This document shows, one piece after another, positions 27,726-36,109 of a stretch of DNA of 36,109 nucleotides (its first letter is position 1; each line of letters opens with the position of its first letter). The stretch spans positions 1-36,109 of the forward strand of contig JBDKIU010000113.1 of the NCBI GenBank assembly GCA_039796915.1, written 5' to 3'. The notes below the pieces were generated by a model, which was not told where the DNA came from, ran no database searches, and saw only the letters and a list, made by a program, of their open reading frames with translations. Made by a program: the position numbers and the translations under genes. This DNA is from Bacteroidota bacterium (GTDB lineage Bacteria; Bacteroidota; Bacteroidia; NS11-12g; UBA955).

Positions 27726-29641
27726 TCTTTGATTACGAAGCCAACGGTGGCTTCCAGGTATTTCATATGCTGGGCGAAAGAGGGCGTTCCTTCCAGCCGA
27801 TTGCCTTTATAACGCCAGGCCGACTTTGAAAAATCGTGCGCGATGCCTCCGGAAATCCCAATGCTGATGGGACCAAAGGCAGCGCGGGCGTGGGCACCAA
27901 GGCTTATCCACAACGCAGGATTGCGGTACAGGATGCGCGTATTGGGTTGCGGATTTCTGAAATCAACCACTTGTGCATCCTTTTTCAGTTCAATCCGTGA
28001 AAGGCCGTAGCCCAGCCCCGATCCGATGGCCAGGTTAAACTTGCCGGATTCAAGGATGTCGAAAATCGATTCGGTAAACACCCGGAACATGTTGAAGCGC
28101 ATCAGTGAATCTGCCTGGGCCCCAAATCGCTGAGTCTGCGTTGGCATCCACAGCACACTCAGCCGACCGCCGGCTTCTTCAGAATATTTTCTGGGGAAAT
28201 AACTGATATCAAAGCCCTGCAACACGGGCACAACCGGAACGGAAGGCAGTCCAAGTGCCTGGAGTGTTGTATTCAGCTGCGATGTTTTCCCCCATTCCCG
28301 GTGGTATACATAACCAAAATGGGTAAACTCATAATCGTATTCATCATCGTAATCTTCATAGTATTCGTCGTCATCAAAAGAAGATTCCGCATCGTTGAAA
28401 AACAGCACGAAATCATATCGGGATGTGAGTACGGGAAATGCCTGCTTCTGCTGATCAAGAGAAAACAAAGCCACCCGACCTTCCGGGGTTTCCGCTGCAA
28501 AAGCACTGATTTCCTGCTCCTGGGTGCTCTTCGACTCGTCGTCATCATCTTCTTCATCACCTGCATAGAAATATCCAATGGTGACCACCTGATTGCGGAA
28601 GGGTTCCGGCATCAGCGAGGCCATTTTTTGGGAAATGGAATGGAAGTTCATCCAGCCACAGGGACCGTTTTGCACGTCGGTTCCGGCATGACAACGACCA
28701 AACTGTCCGTAAAATTTACCCTGCGGATCGCGTTGCAACAAAGCCTTCATGTTGTCGTACATCACTTTTTCGCGGTAGGTATATTGATACGGAGTGTATT
28801 CATAATCATCCCATTGCAGGTATTGCTTCAGGGAGTTTAACAATACATCAACGGTAGCGAAATGCTTCCCGAGGTAGCTGCGGTATAAAGGTTTCAAGCT
28901 GTCGTATTCAGACAGAAAGCGCCGAATGGTTGGGCGCACCTCGTAATTCTCAGAAGAAACATCATCCAGTTCCTGGTTATAACCTTCATCTTCCAGGTCA
29001 TCACTGAAAGGAACCTCACCTTCCCCAACATAAATCTGCCGGGCCAATCCTTTCATCGCTTCCACACCTACCAGCAGCGGCTCTGGAATGCCTGAATCAG
29101 GGAGCAGCTGTTCCAACAGCAACAAGGGCACATCGGTATATCGTTCCACATCTATGCCGGTTACAATCACCTTGGCAGAATCGGGCAATTGGCGGTTCCA
29201 TTCACGCATGGCGCGATACATTTCCATGTAATCGCTTCCGGTGGTATTGTCCAGGATATCCAGCCAGACAGAATCGCCGGTATTGATGTACTGCTGCAAC
29301 ACATAACCGCGGGCAAATCCCAGCTCCAGAATCATGTGGCGCACGCCGCCGCGTTCATGCAGGTAGCGCATGAGTTTCAATTCCATGCTGCTGTTGAAGT
29401 CCATGAAGCGATGGTCTTCCCCACCAAGGAAAAAACGTCCGTACCTGGCGGCAGAATCCAGCACTTCAAACCCGGCAAAGGAATCGTTGATTTGATAATC
29501 AATCAGCCAGGCGCGAGGTGTTGTGGTGAGCGCAGGCTCATCGGGCGGCGGCGGCAGAACGAAATCCTCTTTTTTTTGGGCTGAAGCCGAAACCACGGGC
29601 AACATGAAAAGGAGGCATAGGAAGAAAAGTCTTTGTTTCAT
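27722..29641 (-). CDS. Exported EreA/ChaN (erythromycin-esterase)-like hydrolase domain fused to a probable C-terminal beta-barrel
   Basis: Signal peptide; GEDH, ILELG, GIDVE, REKVMYDN, GQFGRCH; acidic linker; C-terminal ~200 aa with amphipathic strands. Confidence 0.6.
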   Translation of the reverse strand: MKQRLFFLCLLFMLPVVSASAQKKEDFVLPPPPDEPALTTTPRAWLIDYQINDSFAGFEVLDSAARYGRFFLGGEDHRFMDFNSSMELKLMRYLHERGGVRHMILELGFARGYVLQQYINTGDSVWLDILDNTTGSDYMEMYRAMREWNRQLPDSAKVIVTGIDVERYTDVPLLLLEQLLPDSGIPEPLLVGVEAMKGLARQIYVGEGEVPFSDDLEDEGYNQELDDVSSENYEVRPTIRRFLSEYDSLKPLYRSYLGKHFATVDVLLNSLKQYLQWDDYEYTPYQYTYREKVMYDNMKALLQRDPQGKFYGQFGRCHAGTDVQNGPCGWMNFHSISQKMASLMPEPFRNQVVTIGYFYAGDEEDDDDESKSTQEQEISAFAAETPEGRVALFSLDQQKQAFPVLTSRYDFVLFFNDAESSFDDDEYYEDYDDEYDYEFTHFGYVYHREWGKTSQLNTTLQALGLPSVPVVPVLQGFDISYFPRKYSEEAGGRLSVLWMPTQTQRFGAQADSLMRFNMFRVFTESIFDILESGKFNLAIGSGLGYGLSRIELKKDAQVVDFRNPQPNTRILYRNPALWISLGAHARAAFGPISIGISGGIAHDFSKSAWRYKGNRLEGTPSFAQHMKYLEATVGFVIKE

Positions 29642-29651
29642 GGTGAATTGC

Positions 29652-30545
29652 TTATAACAGATTCAGCACCTGTTCTCGTATTTGTTCTAAGTGTTCTTTC
29701 ATGTCCACCACGGCCTGCTGCATGGGGAAATGGTTTGATTTTACGCCCATGGTATTGAGTTCACGGCCAATTTCCTGCGCTATAAAATTCAGCTTTTTCC
29801 CGGAAGGTTCCCGCAACAAACAGGCTTCGAAATAATCGAGGTGCTGGGCCAGTCGGTTTTTCTCCTCGGTGATGTCCAGCTTTTCGATGTACAGGATGAC
29901 TTCCTGTTCAAAGCGATTGCGGTCCATTTTCCCTTCGGCTTCCTGCATTTCCAGCGCAGACCACAGTCGTTTCCGCAACAATGCTCTGCGCGTTTGTTCT
30001 TCCTGTTCTACCAGTTTAAGTCCTTCGCGGATGTGATGCAGCGCGCCGCGCAGCAGTTCACCCAAACGTGCGCCTTCCTGTTTGCGGAAGCTGTCCAGGT
30101 TCTGGATGCTTTGTTCCAGGGCCTGAAAAAACACCTGCCGCAGCTGATCTTCATCGGTAGCCTCCTGCACACGGAGCACGTCGGGCATGGCCATGACCTT
30201 ACCCAACAGATCGTGCACCTCTGTATGCAGCTTTTCGGCCAGCAGCTTCATTTGTGCAGCATAAGCTTCGGCGAGGGGAATATCGGCACTCACCCGACTG
30301 CTGTTTGCGCCGCCGGGCAGATATTCCATACTGACCGATGCACTTACAGATCCACGTTCCAGATGTTCCCGCAATTGCTGCCGCATTTCGGATTCAAAGG
30401 CCCCGAAGTTTCGGGACATGCGCACATCCAGGTCAAAGTACTTGCCGTTGAGCGACTTCAGGGAAATACGAATTTTATACATGTCCGTAGCCATTTCCCC
30501 CTGGCCAAATCCGGTCATGCTTTTCAGTTCACGCGTTGCGTTCAT
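29652..30545 (-). CDS. yicC: YicC/YloC family endoribonuclease
   Basis: KSMTGFG, KSLNGKY, LDITEEKNRL, GKKLNFIAQEIGRELNTMGVKS, EQIREQVLN. Confidence 0.93.
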   Translation of the reverse strand: MNATRELKSMTGFGQGEMATDMYKIRISLKSLNGKYFDLDVRMSRNFGAFESEMRQQLREHLERGSVSASVSMEYLPGGANSSRVSADIPLAEAYAAQMKLLAEKLHTEVHDLLGKVMAMPDVLRVQEATDEDQLRQVFFQALEQSIQNLDSFRKQEGARLGELLRGALHHIREGLKLVEQEEQTRRALLRKRLWSALEMQEAEGKMDRNRFEQEVILYIEKLDITEEKNRLAQHLDYFEACLLREPSGKKLNFIAQEIGRELNTMGVKSNHFPMQQAVVDMKEHLEQIREQVLNLL

Positions 30546-31438
30546 TGTTTTGTCTGGGTTTTATTTCCCTGGAAAACGGCCAGGTAAACACCGGTAAATA
30601 TCAACAGAATATACAGCAATTTCGTGCCACTGAGGGCATCGCGGCCGGTCATGGAGGCAATCAGACTGGCTAAAACAGGTTGCAGGTAGATGTAGGTTCC
30701 GGCCAGCGAGGCGCTGGCACGCTTGATGGCATAAGCATTCAGCTGGTAGGTGATGAAGGTCGTAAACACCAGCACGTACAGGATTTTCAGCCAAACATCC
30801 CAGGGAATAGCCTGAAACTGGGTTTCCGCCAATTGCGGCAATCCAAACGGAAGCACGAACAATGTGCCGAGCGTAAACGTCCATTTGTTCACGGTCATGG
30901 CGTGGTAACGTCCCACAAGTCCTTTCACCAGCACCAGATAAATGGCATAGCTGATGGCATTCAGGGTTACCCAGACGTCACCGATGACGGTAGCGCTGCT
31001 GAAGCTGAATCCGGCACCGCCCATCAGCAGAACTGCGCCAAAGCAGGCCAGCAGTATTCCTGAACTGAGCGCGGCATTGGGCCATTTTTTACGCTTCAGA
31101 TGGTCAATAACCACCACAAAAACCGGTGTAAACAACATCAACACCGAGCCGTTGATGGGTGTTGTGATGGACATTCCTTTGAAGAACATGAGCATGTTGG
31201 CGGCCACACCTGTCAGCGCGCACCAGAAGAGCAGCTTTCCATCCTGGCGGAAGTTGAACGGCTGCCGGATGAGGAAGGTATGCGCTACCCAATACATGAG
31301 TGCCGCTGAACCGATTCGGATGACAATAAACCCTTCAGGTTTCAGGTAATGCGGCATGATGTCGCGTGCCCAGCTGAAAAAGATGGCATAAATCAGGGCT
31401 ACGGCAAACAAGGCCAGATGCACCAGCGGCTGCTTCAT
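30542..31438 (-). CDS. DMT/EamA family transporter
   Basis: About 10 TM helices in two repeats; YIYLQPV. Confidence 0.9.
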   Translation of the reverse strand: MKQPLVHLALFAVALIYAIFFSWARDIMPHYLKPEGFIVIRIGSAALMYWVAHTFLIRQPFNFRQDGKLLFWCALTGVAANMLMFFKGMSITTPINGSVLMLFTPVFVVVIDHLKRKKWPNAALSSGILLACFGAVLLMGGAGFSFSSATVIGDVWVTLNAISYAIYLVLVKGLVGRYHAMTVNKWTFTLGTLFVLPFGLPQLAETQFQAIPWDVWLKILYVLVFTTFITYQLNAYAIKRASASLAGTYIYLQPVLASLIASMTGRDALSGTKLLYILLIFTGVYLAVFQGNKTQTKQ

Positions 31439-32178
31439 ACCATACCCCTTTTCTTCTTGATCTGCTCGTAGGATTGCTGCACCCTTCTGAATTTATCCTC
31501 CGCTTCTTTTTTCATTTGTTCCCCCAAACCACTGAGTTTGTCGGGATGGTATTTCATGGCCATGCGGCGGTAAGCGCGTTTCACTTCATCGTCTGAAGCG
31601 TCGGGTTTGATTTCAAGGATTTCGTAGTCGGCATCTCCCGAAACCACGAACATGGCGCGCACGCTCAGGTAATCGGGCGTGGTGATGCCCATGTGGGCTG
31701 CGATAAATTCCAGCATGCGCAGTTCTCCGGGAGCTACGTCACCATCGGCTCTGGAAATGCGGAACAGGATGTGCAACAATTCCAGGCGCTGGCTGTAGGA
31801 CATGTTCGCGCGTATTTGCTTGCACACGCCGGCAACATCCACCTGCTTTTTGAGCAATTCCCGCAGGATGAGCAGGTATTGTTTCACCTGTTCATCGGTA
31901 TAGGTACGCATGAGCATGGCCTTGACCATGTCGAGTTCGCTGCGCATCACCCGACCGTCGGCGTTCATCACGGCGCTGATCAGCACCAGCAGGCTCATGG
32001 CAAAGTCGCCGGACTGTGTTTGGCTGGTGCGTGAACCCGCGGGACGACGTACCGGCTGTTCTTCGCTGTCGGAAGAGGCTGCGTCGAAATAGCTGCCGAT
32101 GGCAAAGCCCACAATGGCGCCTATGGGTCCGCCAAGCACCCAGCCCAAACCGCCACCTATAAATTTTCCGAAGCTCAA
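31435..32178 (-). CDS. djlA: DjlA-like co-chaperone (TerB-like domain plus C-terminal J domain)
   Basis: Gly-rich anchor GGPIGAIVG, ADG motifs, YEILEI, YHPDK. Confidence 0.85.
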   Translation of the reverse strand: MSFGKFIGGGLGWVLGGPIGAIVGFAIGSYFDAASSDSEEQPVRRPAGSRTSQTQSGDFAMSLLVLISAVMNADGRVMRSELDMVKAMLMRTYTDEQVKQYLLILRELLKKQVDVAGVCKQIRANMSYSQRLELLHILFRISRADGDVAPGELRMLEFIAAHMGITTPDYLSVRAMFVVSGDADYEILEIKPDASDDEVKRAYRRMAMKYHPDKLSGLGEQMKKEAEDKFRRVQQSYEQIKKKRGMV

Positions 32179-33197
32179 GGAATCTGCGTAAAGTCCGTCA
32201 GTTTTTTCAACCTGTTGCGCAGCACTGCGTCCTGCATCTGCACCAGTTCGGGCGTTCCATTAACCCTGGCCCAGTAGTATTCTATTTCAAACAGGCGCAA
32301 GTTGCCGTCTCTGTCTTCAGGAGCATACGTTTCGTCGCTCACAGGAATGCGAAACAGTTCCAGGGTTTGCGATTTGCCATCACGCGTAGCGAGCTTCAGG
32401 GTACAAAATGGTTTTGAACGAAGCACCGTATCGGCGCGCTGCTTTGGCAGATTTGGCCAGCCTTCCATGTGTACGTGCTCGAACATGCCAACCAGCGAGC
32501 GCAATGGATTCTGCGGCACGGCAACCTTTGCGCCCCGCGCATCGAGCAGGGCTATTCCTGCATCATCCGGACGGTCAATCACGAAAGACTCAGAAGCTTG
32601 TTCGTGCCAGGTCACTTCCAGCCTGCGTATATCTTCAGCTTTGGCATGCATCACTTCTTTGCTGCGCCAATCTTTCAGCACCGTGCTGAAATAAGGGGAA
32701 AGGTATCCTTCAAAGCCCGGAACTTCGAGCACATACGGGCGTTTCAATCCGGACATATACATATAAGTTCCCAGAGAATTGGGCGTGGGACCACCCACAT
32801 AAAGTGTTTTTTCAAGGGTTCCGTTCATGTAGAACTCGGCCTTCACTGCATGCAGGTATAAGTTTCGGTTGATGGCTTCGGAAGCACTGTCGCCCACCGG
32901 ATACTTCACCTGAAGCTTCTTCATCACAAAGTTCAGAAGCATGTCAATATTTGAAGTATTGGCGGGGAACACGCCCTGAGCACCTTTCACCGTCCAGTTT
33001 CCGGCTTCATCTTTTTGGAGGATTACATAATCTTTGGTGCTGTTTTTCGACAGGAAGATTTTATCCACTTTCTGCGTCTGTTCGATGGCAAAATCCTTAG
33101 GGCCCGCCTCCATCGTAGAGTTGAGGTTGCGCCTCAAAAGGAAGAAGGCGATGGCCGCCACCGCCACAACACTTAAAAGCAAAAGGATTCTTTTCAT
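32175..33197 (-). CDS. DUF4340-like membrane-anchored protein
   Basis: ATG 33197, N-terminal TM helix, DFAIE, YVGGPTP, PGFEGYL. Confidence 0.7.
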   Translation of the reverse strand: MKRILLLLSVVAVAAIAFFLLRRNLNSTMEAGPKDFAIEQTQKVDKIFLSKNSTKDYVILQKDEAGNWTVKGAQGVFPANTSNIDMLLNFVMKKLQVKYPVGDSASEAINRNLYLHAVKAEFYMNGTLEKTLYVGGPTPNSLGTYMYMSGLKRPYVLEVPGFEGYLSPYFSTVLKDWRSKEVMHAKAEDIRRLEVTWHEQASESFVIDRPDDAGIALLDARGAKVAVPQNPLRSLVGMFEHVHMEGWPNLPKQRADTVLRSKPFCTLKLATRDGKSQTLELFRIPVSDETYAPEDRDGNLRLFEIEYYWARVNGTPELVQMQDAVLRNRLKKLTDFTQIP

Positions 33198-33205
33198 TAT
33201 TGATG

Positions 33206-33213
33206 CAAAAATA
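33206..33213 (-). promoter_or_regulatory. -7 box
   Basis: TATTTTTG on the minus strand, 8 nt before ATG 33197. Confidence 0.55.
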
Positions 33214-33217
33214 GGCC

Positions 33218-33814
33218 TTATTGCGACCGCCTCCACGCCCGTTCGTCAAAGCCAACCGCGGGAACATCCCAAACAAAACGGTAAGGCAGGGAAGCATCCG
33301 CACCCGCATAATCCACTCCGATGCGCGGGGTTATTTGAACAGCTTCAGAAGGAATATGCATGCCGCGATCTTCCAGACGGATGAAGGGTGAATGGGTCAC
33401 ATCTTCACCATTAAATTCCATATTTATTCCCAACTGCTTTGTTAGTTTGCCAGGACCGGAAACCAGTTTCCATTCCTTTTCTGAAGATTCCCGAACCAGC
33501 GCTCCACGCAGCAGGATGGCATGCGGAACACCTTCTGTATTGCTTACAATATTGCACAAATGATGGATGCCGTAACACAGATAAACATAGATGGTTCCAC
33601 CCGTTTGATACATGGTTGCGGTGCGCTTGGTGTAGCGGCCGTTCCATGCGTGTGAGGCCCGATCGTCCACGCCGGCATAAGCTTCGGTTTCAGTAATGAG
33701 TGCCTCAAATTGCCCTGCAGCGCTTTGAACACAGAGCACTTTCCCAAGCACGTCGCGGGCAAGCGCCACCACATCGGGCTGCAGAAAATAAGCACGCGGC
33801 AGGCGCTGTTTCAT
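33218..33814 (-). CDS. mpg: DNA-3-methyladenine glycosylase (AAG/MPG family)
   Basis: ITETEAY, DRASHA, YVYLCYGIH, GPGKLT, PRIGVDYA, PYRF. Confidence 0.95.
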   Translation of the reverse strand: MKQRLPRAYFLQPDVVALARDVLGKVLCVQSAAGQFEALITETEAYAGVDDRASHAWNGRYTKRTATMYQTGGTIYVYLCYGIHHLCNIVSNTEGVPHAILLRGALVRESSEKEWKLVSGPGKLTKQLGINMEFNGEDVTHSPFIRLEDRGMHIPSEAVQITPRIGVDYAGADASLPYRFVWDVPAVGFDERAWRRSQ

Positions 33815-34119
33815 ACACTGCCCACAGCCAATCCGAGCAAGCTACCCAAAACCAGCGAGGCGATTACGCTTCCGGGAATAGCCGCACGGTTGCGGTAAAA
33901 CAATTGAATCTGGAATGGCAACATGCCCAAAAAACCGAAGAATGTACCACGAAACACCACAGGTTCCGATACAGGGAAATACGCAACGGCCAGGGCAATA
34001 AATACCCACTGCAACCAGATGGCAGCGATGGAAAATACCGGCACTTTGCGTTTGAACATTGGCAATGCATCGATCAATCCGATCAAGAGCCCAAGCAGGA
34101 TATAGAGGAATAATTTCAT
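33811..34119 (-). CDS. Small membrane protein, unknown function
   Basis: 102 aa, about 4 hydrophobic segments, coupled to both neighbours. Confidence 0.75.
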   Translation of the reverse strand: MKLFLYILLGLLIGLIDALPMFKRKVPVFSIAAIWLQWVFIALAVAYFPVSEPVVFRGTFFGFLGMLPFQIQLFYRNRAAIPGSVIASLVLGSLLGLAVGSV

Positions 34120-34120
34120 G

Positions 34121-35566
34121 TTATCTGATTAAAAATGACTGTGCCTGAACGCCTTGAGCACTTTCAAGATGCATCATGTACAGTCCTTGTGGAAAACCAG
34201 CAAGGTTCAAGGAGGTTCGGCCCTCGTGAATCTGAACTGCTTCAGCAAATACCAGCACGCCATCCATGCGAGAAATAACCAGCCGCAGCGGGCCGTCAGG
34301 CAGGCCTGTCAGGTTCAGCATTCCGGTGGTGGGATTGGGCCAAAGCTGAAACGTTACCGGTGAGGAATTTCTCAAACCAAGACTGTGCGCAAACTCATAA
34401 GCGCCGATGTCTGGCTTGCCGTCGAAACTGCGCGGCATAAAGCCACAGGTATCCTGATACATTTTATTCGGAACAAGCCAAAGCCCTTTGGTACTGCGGT
34501 TCAGCAGCAGGCCGGCGTTGATGGCCGGAGACGTTTGAGCCAGTCGGTAATCTCCCGCTGAAAGGTTGATAAAATCCGGAACATTCAACGCATCGTTGAT
34601 GAGGTTATGGCTGCTGTCCAGCGCAGCCGCCGTGCCCAGCAGCAGACCACCCGTTTTGGGTCCTGCAAAAATGTTGTTTTTCACCAGAAATGTATCCGTT
34701 CCCGGAGTGGCTACCTGTACAAAAACGCCTTTACTGTTGCGGTTTACAAAGGTATTGTTCACGACAAAAAGGTGATGCGGACCGGGATTGATGAAGCCTT
34801 CCAGCCCGTAAGCCACCATATTGGTATTCGCTGAATTTGGTCCCTGCTCAAATACATTGCCCATCAACACCGCCGTTCCCCCGTTGGGAATATCCACATT
34901 GCGGCTGTCGGTGGAATTGAAGTTGGAAATACGGTTGTACAGGATGAAAGTATGATCCGCGCGGCTTTTCAGTTCGTGGCCCTAGGCTATGGCATCATGG
35001 GAGAAATTATACCTGAAGATAAAAGTATCAATGTGGTTGATGTATATGTTGTGCTGATACCCCGGATTCTGCGGACTTCCGCCGTTCAGAAACTCCGAGA
35101 ATTCAATGGTGACGGTACAACCCGGAATATATCCACCGGCAAGAACACCCATTTCATTCCCGACAAAGCGACAATGGCGCACCCATAAATCCAGTCCTTC
35201 CTGCCTGATTCCGGCGCCATTGCGGCTGGGCACTTTTGCGTTGCGGAAGTCGAGGTTTTCGATGGTGGTCTGGTTTCCCTTCACCACAAAAATCCCTTTG
35301 CCGTTGGATGCGTTGTTTTCCAGCTTCGCGCCCGCCACCAGCACCGGACGACCGCCAACGCCGCGAATCAGCAGGCGGTGGGCTGTCCAGGTCACCTGTT
35401 CATCATCCGTGTAGGTAGCCGCATCAATAAGTACGGTATCGCCGTCGCGCACCAAGCCATCTACCTGACTGCAGAAGGTGTAGTTTCGGGTTGGGCCAAC
35501 CTGCCAGATGGCAGCCTCCAGGCCGGAGCAGAGGAGCAAGGCTCCGAAGTATAAAAGCATGCGCAT
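34121..35566 (-). pseudogene. T9SS-secreted right-handed beta-helix (pectin-lyase-like) protein interrupted by one in-frame TAG at 34982-34984
   Basis: ORFs 34982..35566 and 34121..34897 are in frame and joined by sense codons (SHDAIA*GHELKSRA...DIPNGG); signal peptide, NGAGIR, HNIY, SPAINAG, PDIGAYE, and a CTD (WPNPTTG...GLYM). Confidence 0.8.
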
Positions 35567-35602
35567 TCATTCAAATGTAATGCTTGCACATCCTTCAACC
35601 AT

Positions 35603-36109
35603 TCAGGGCTGCAAATTCTGGAAGCGACAGAAGATAAATTCCTGCGTGGTTCCAAAGGGTGTGGTGTGGGTGTCGTCCACGCATTCCAGGTGTTTGAATC
35701 CGTATTGCTCCACCAGCGCCCGCATCGAAGCAGCATCGTATTGCTGAATTTCCAGGCCGCTGCATTTCAGGGGACCTTTTACGGAAAACGTCCCGATGAT
35801 GGCCTGCCCATTCAGTGTTTGGGCCATCAGCTTCAGATAGGCATTGCGTTCTTCATCGGTTCTGAGGAAGTGAAAAGCTGCGCGGTCATGCCACAGCGCC
35901 ACCGGATGCGCAGGCTTCCAGTCGAGTACATCGCTGTGTACCCAATGCACTTTAGCGGCATCGGCACCAAGTCTGGCCTGGGCTTTTTCCAGGGCGGCGC
36001 GTGAAATATCCAGTACCGTGATATGCGTAAATCCTTCCCGCAGTAAAAAATCTACCAAAAGACTGTCGCCGCCGCCAATATCCACAATCGGCGCATCTTT
36101 CGGGAGTTC
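35603..36109 (-). CDS. Class I SAM-dependent methyltransferase, 5'-truncated by the window edge
   Basis: Frame is open to the edge; IVDIGGGDS, VLDIS, WHDRAAFHFL, GPLKCSGL. Confidence 0.9.
   Translation of the reverse strand, partial: ELPKDAPIVDIGGGDSLLVDFLLREGFTHITVLDISRAALEKAQARLGADAAKVHWVHSDVLDWKPAHPVALWHDRAAFHFLRTDEERNAYLKLMAQTLNGQAIIGTFSVKGPLKCSGLEIQQYDAASMRALVEQYGFKHLECVDDTHTTPFGTTQEFIFCRFQNLQP

Noticed and set aside
1-36109. Alternative genetic code (TAG reassigned)
   Set aside because: Only one internal TAG was found; TAG is used as a normal stop at 5184 and 14549, and the other genes are full length

Overview
Bacteroidota-type chromosomal window (TAnnTTTG -7 promoter boxes, a T9SS C-terminal sorting domain, typical Bacteroidota DUF families). 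Most of it is densely packed housekeeping genes: adk, dprA, a GH13 cyclomaltodextrinase, prmC, dxs, trpG/pabA, tsaB, purE, a pssA-like gene, yicC, a djlA-like gene, mpg and tRNA-Phe(GAA). I see no transposase, integrase, CRISPR array or rRNA. Four things stand out. (1) An accessory-looking cassette at about 904-5225: an AT-rich leader with a candidate 43-aa ORF, then a tightly coupled three-gene operon encoding an uncharacterised membrane protein and two different cytoplasmic amidohydrolase-superfamily metalloenzymes. Two perfect palindromes sharing the core GGTTTAAACC bracket it. (2) A stand-alone, very basic 207-aa protein with AT-hook-like, coiled-coil and winged-helix-like parts, a candidate nucleoid protein or xenogeneic silencer. 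(3) A T9SS-secreted beta-helix gene interrupted by one in-frame TAG. (4) An erythromycin-esterase-like domain fused to a probable outer-membrane barrel. All family assignments are from motif recognition by eye, not from database searches.
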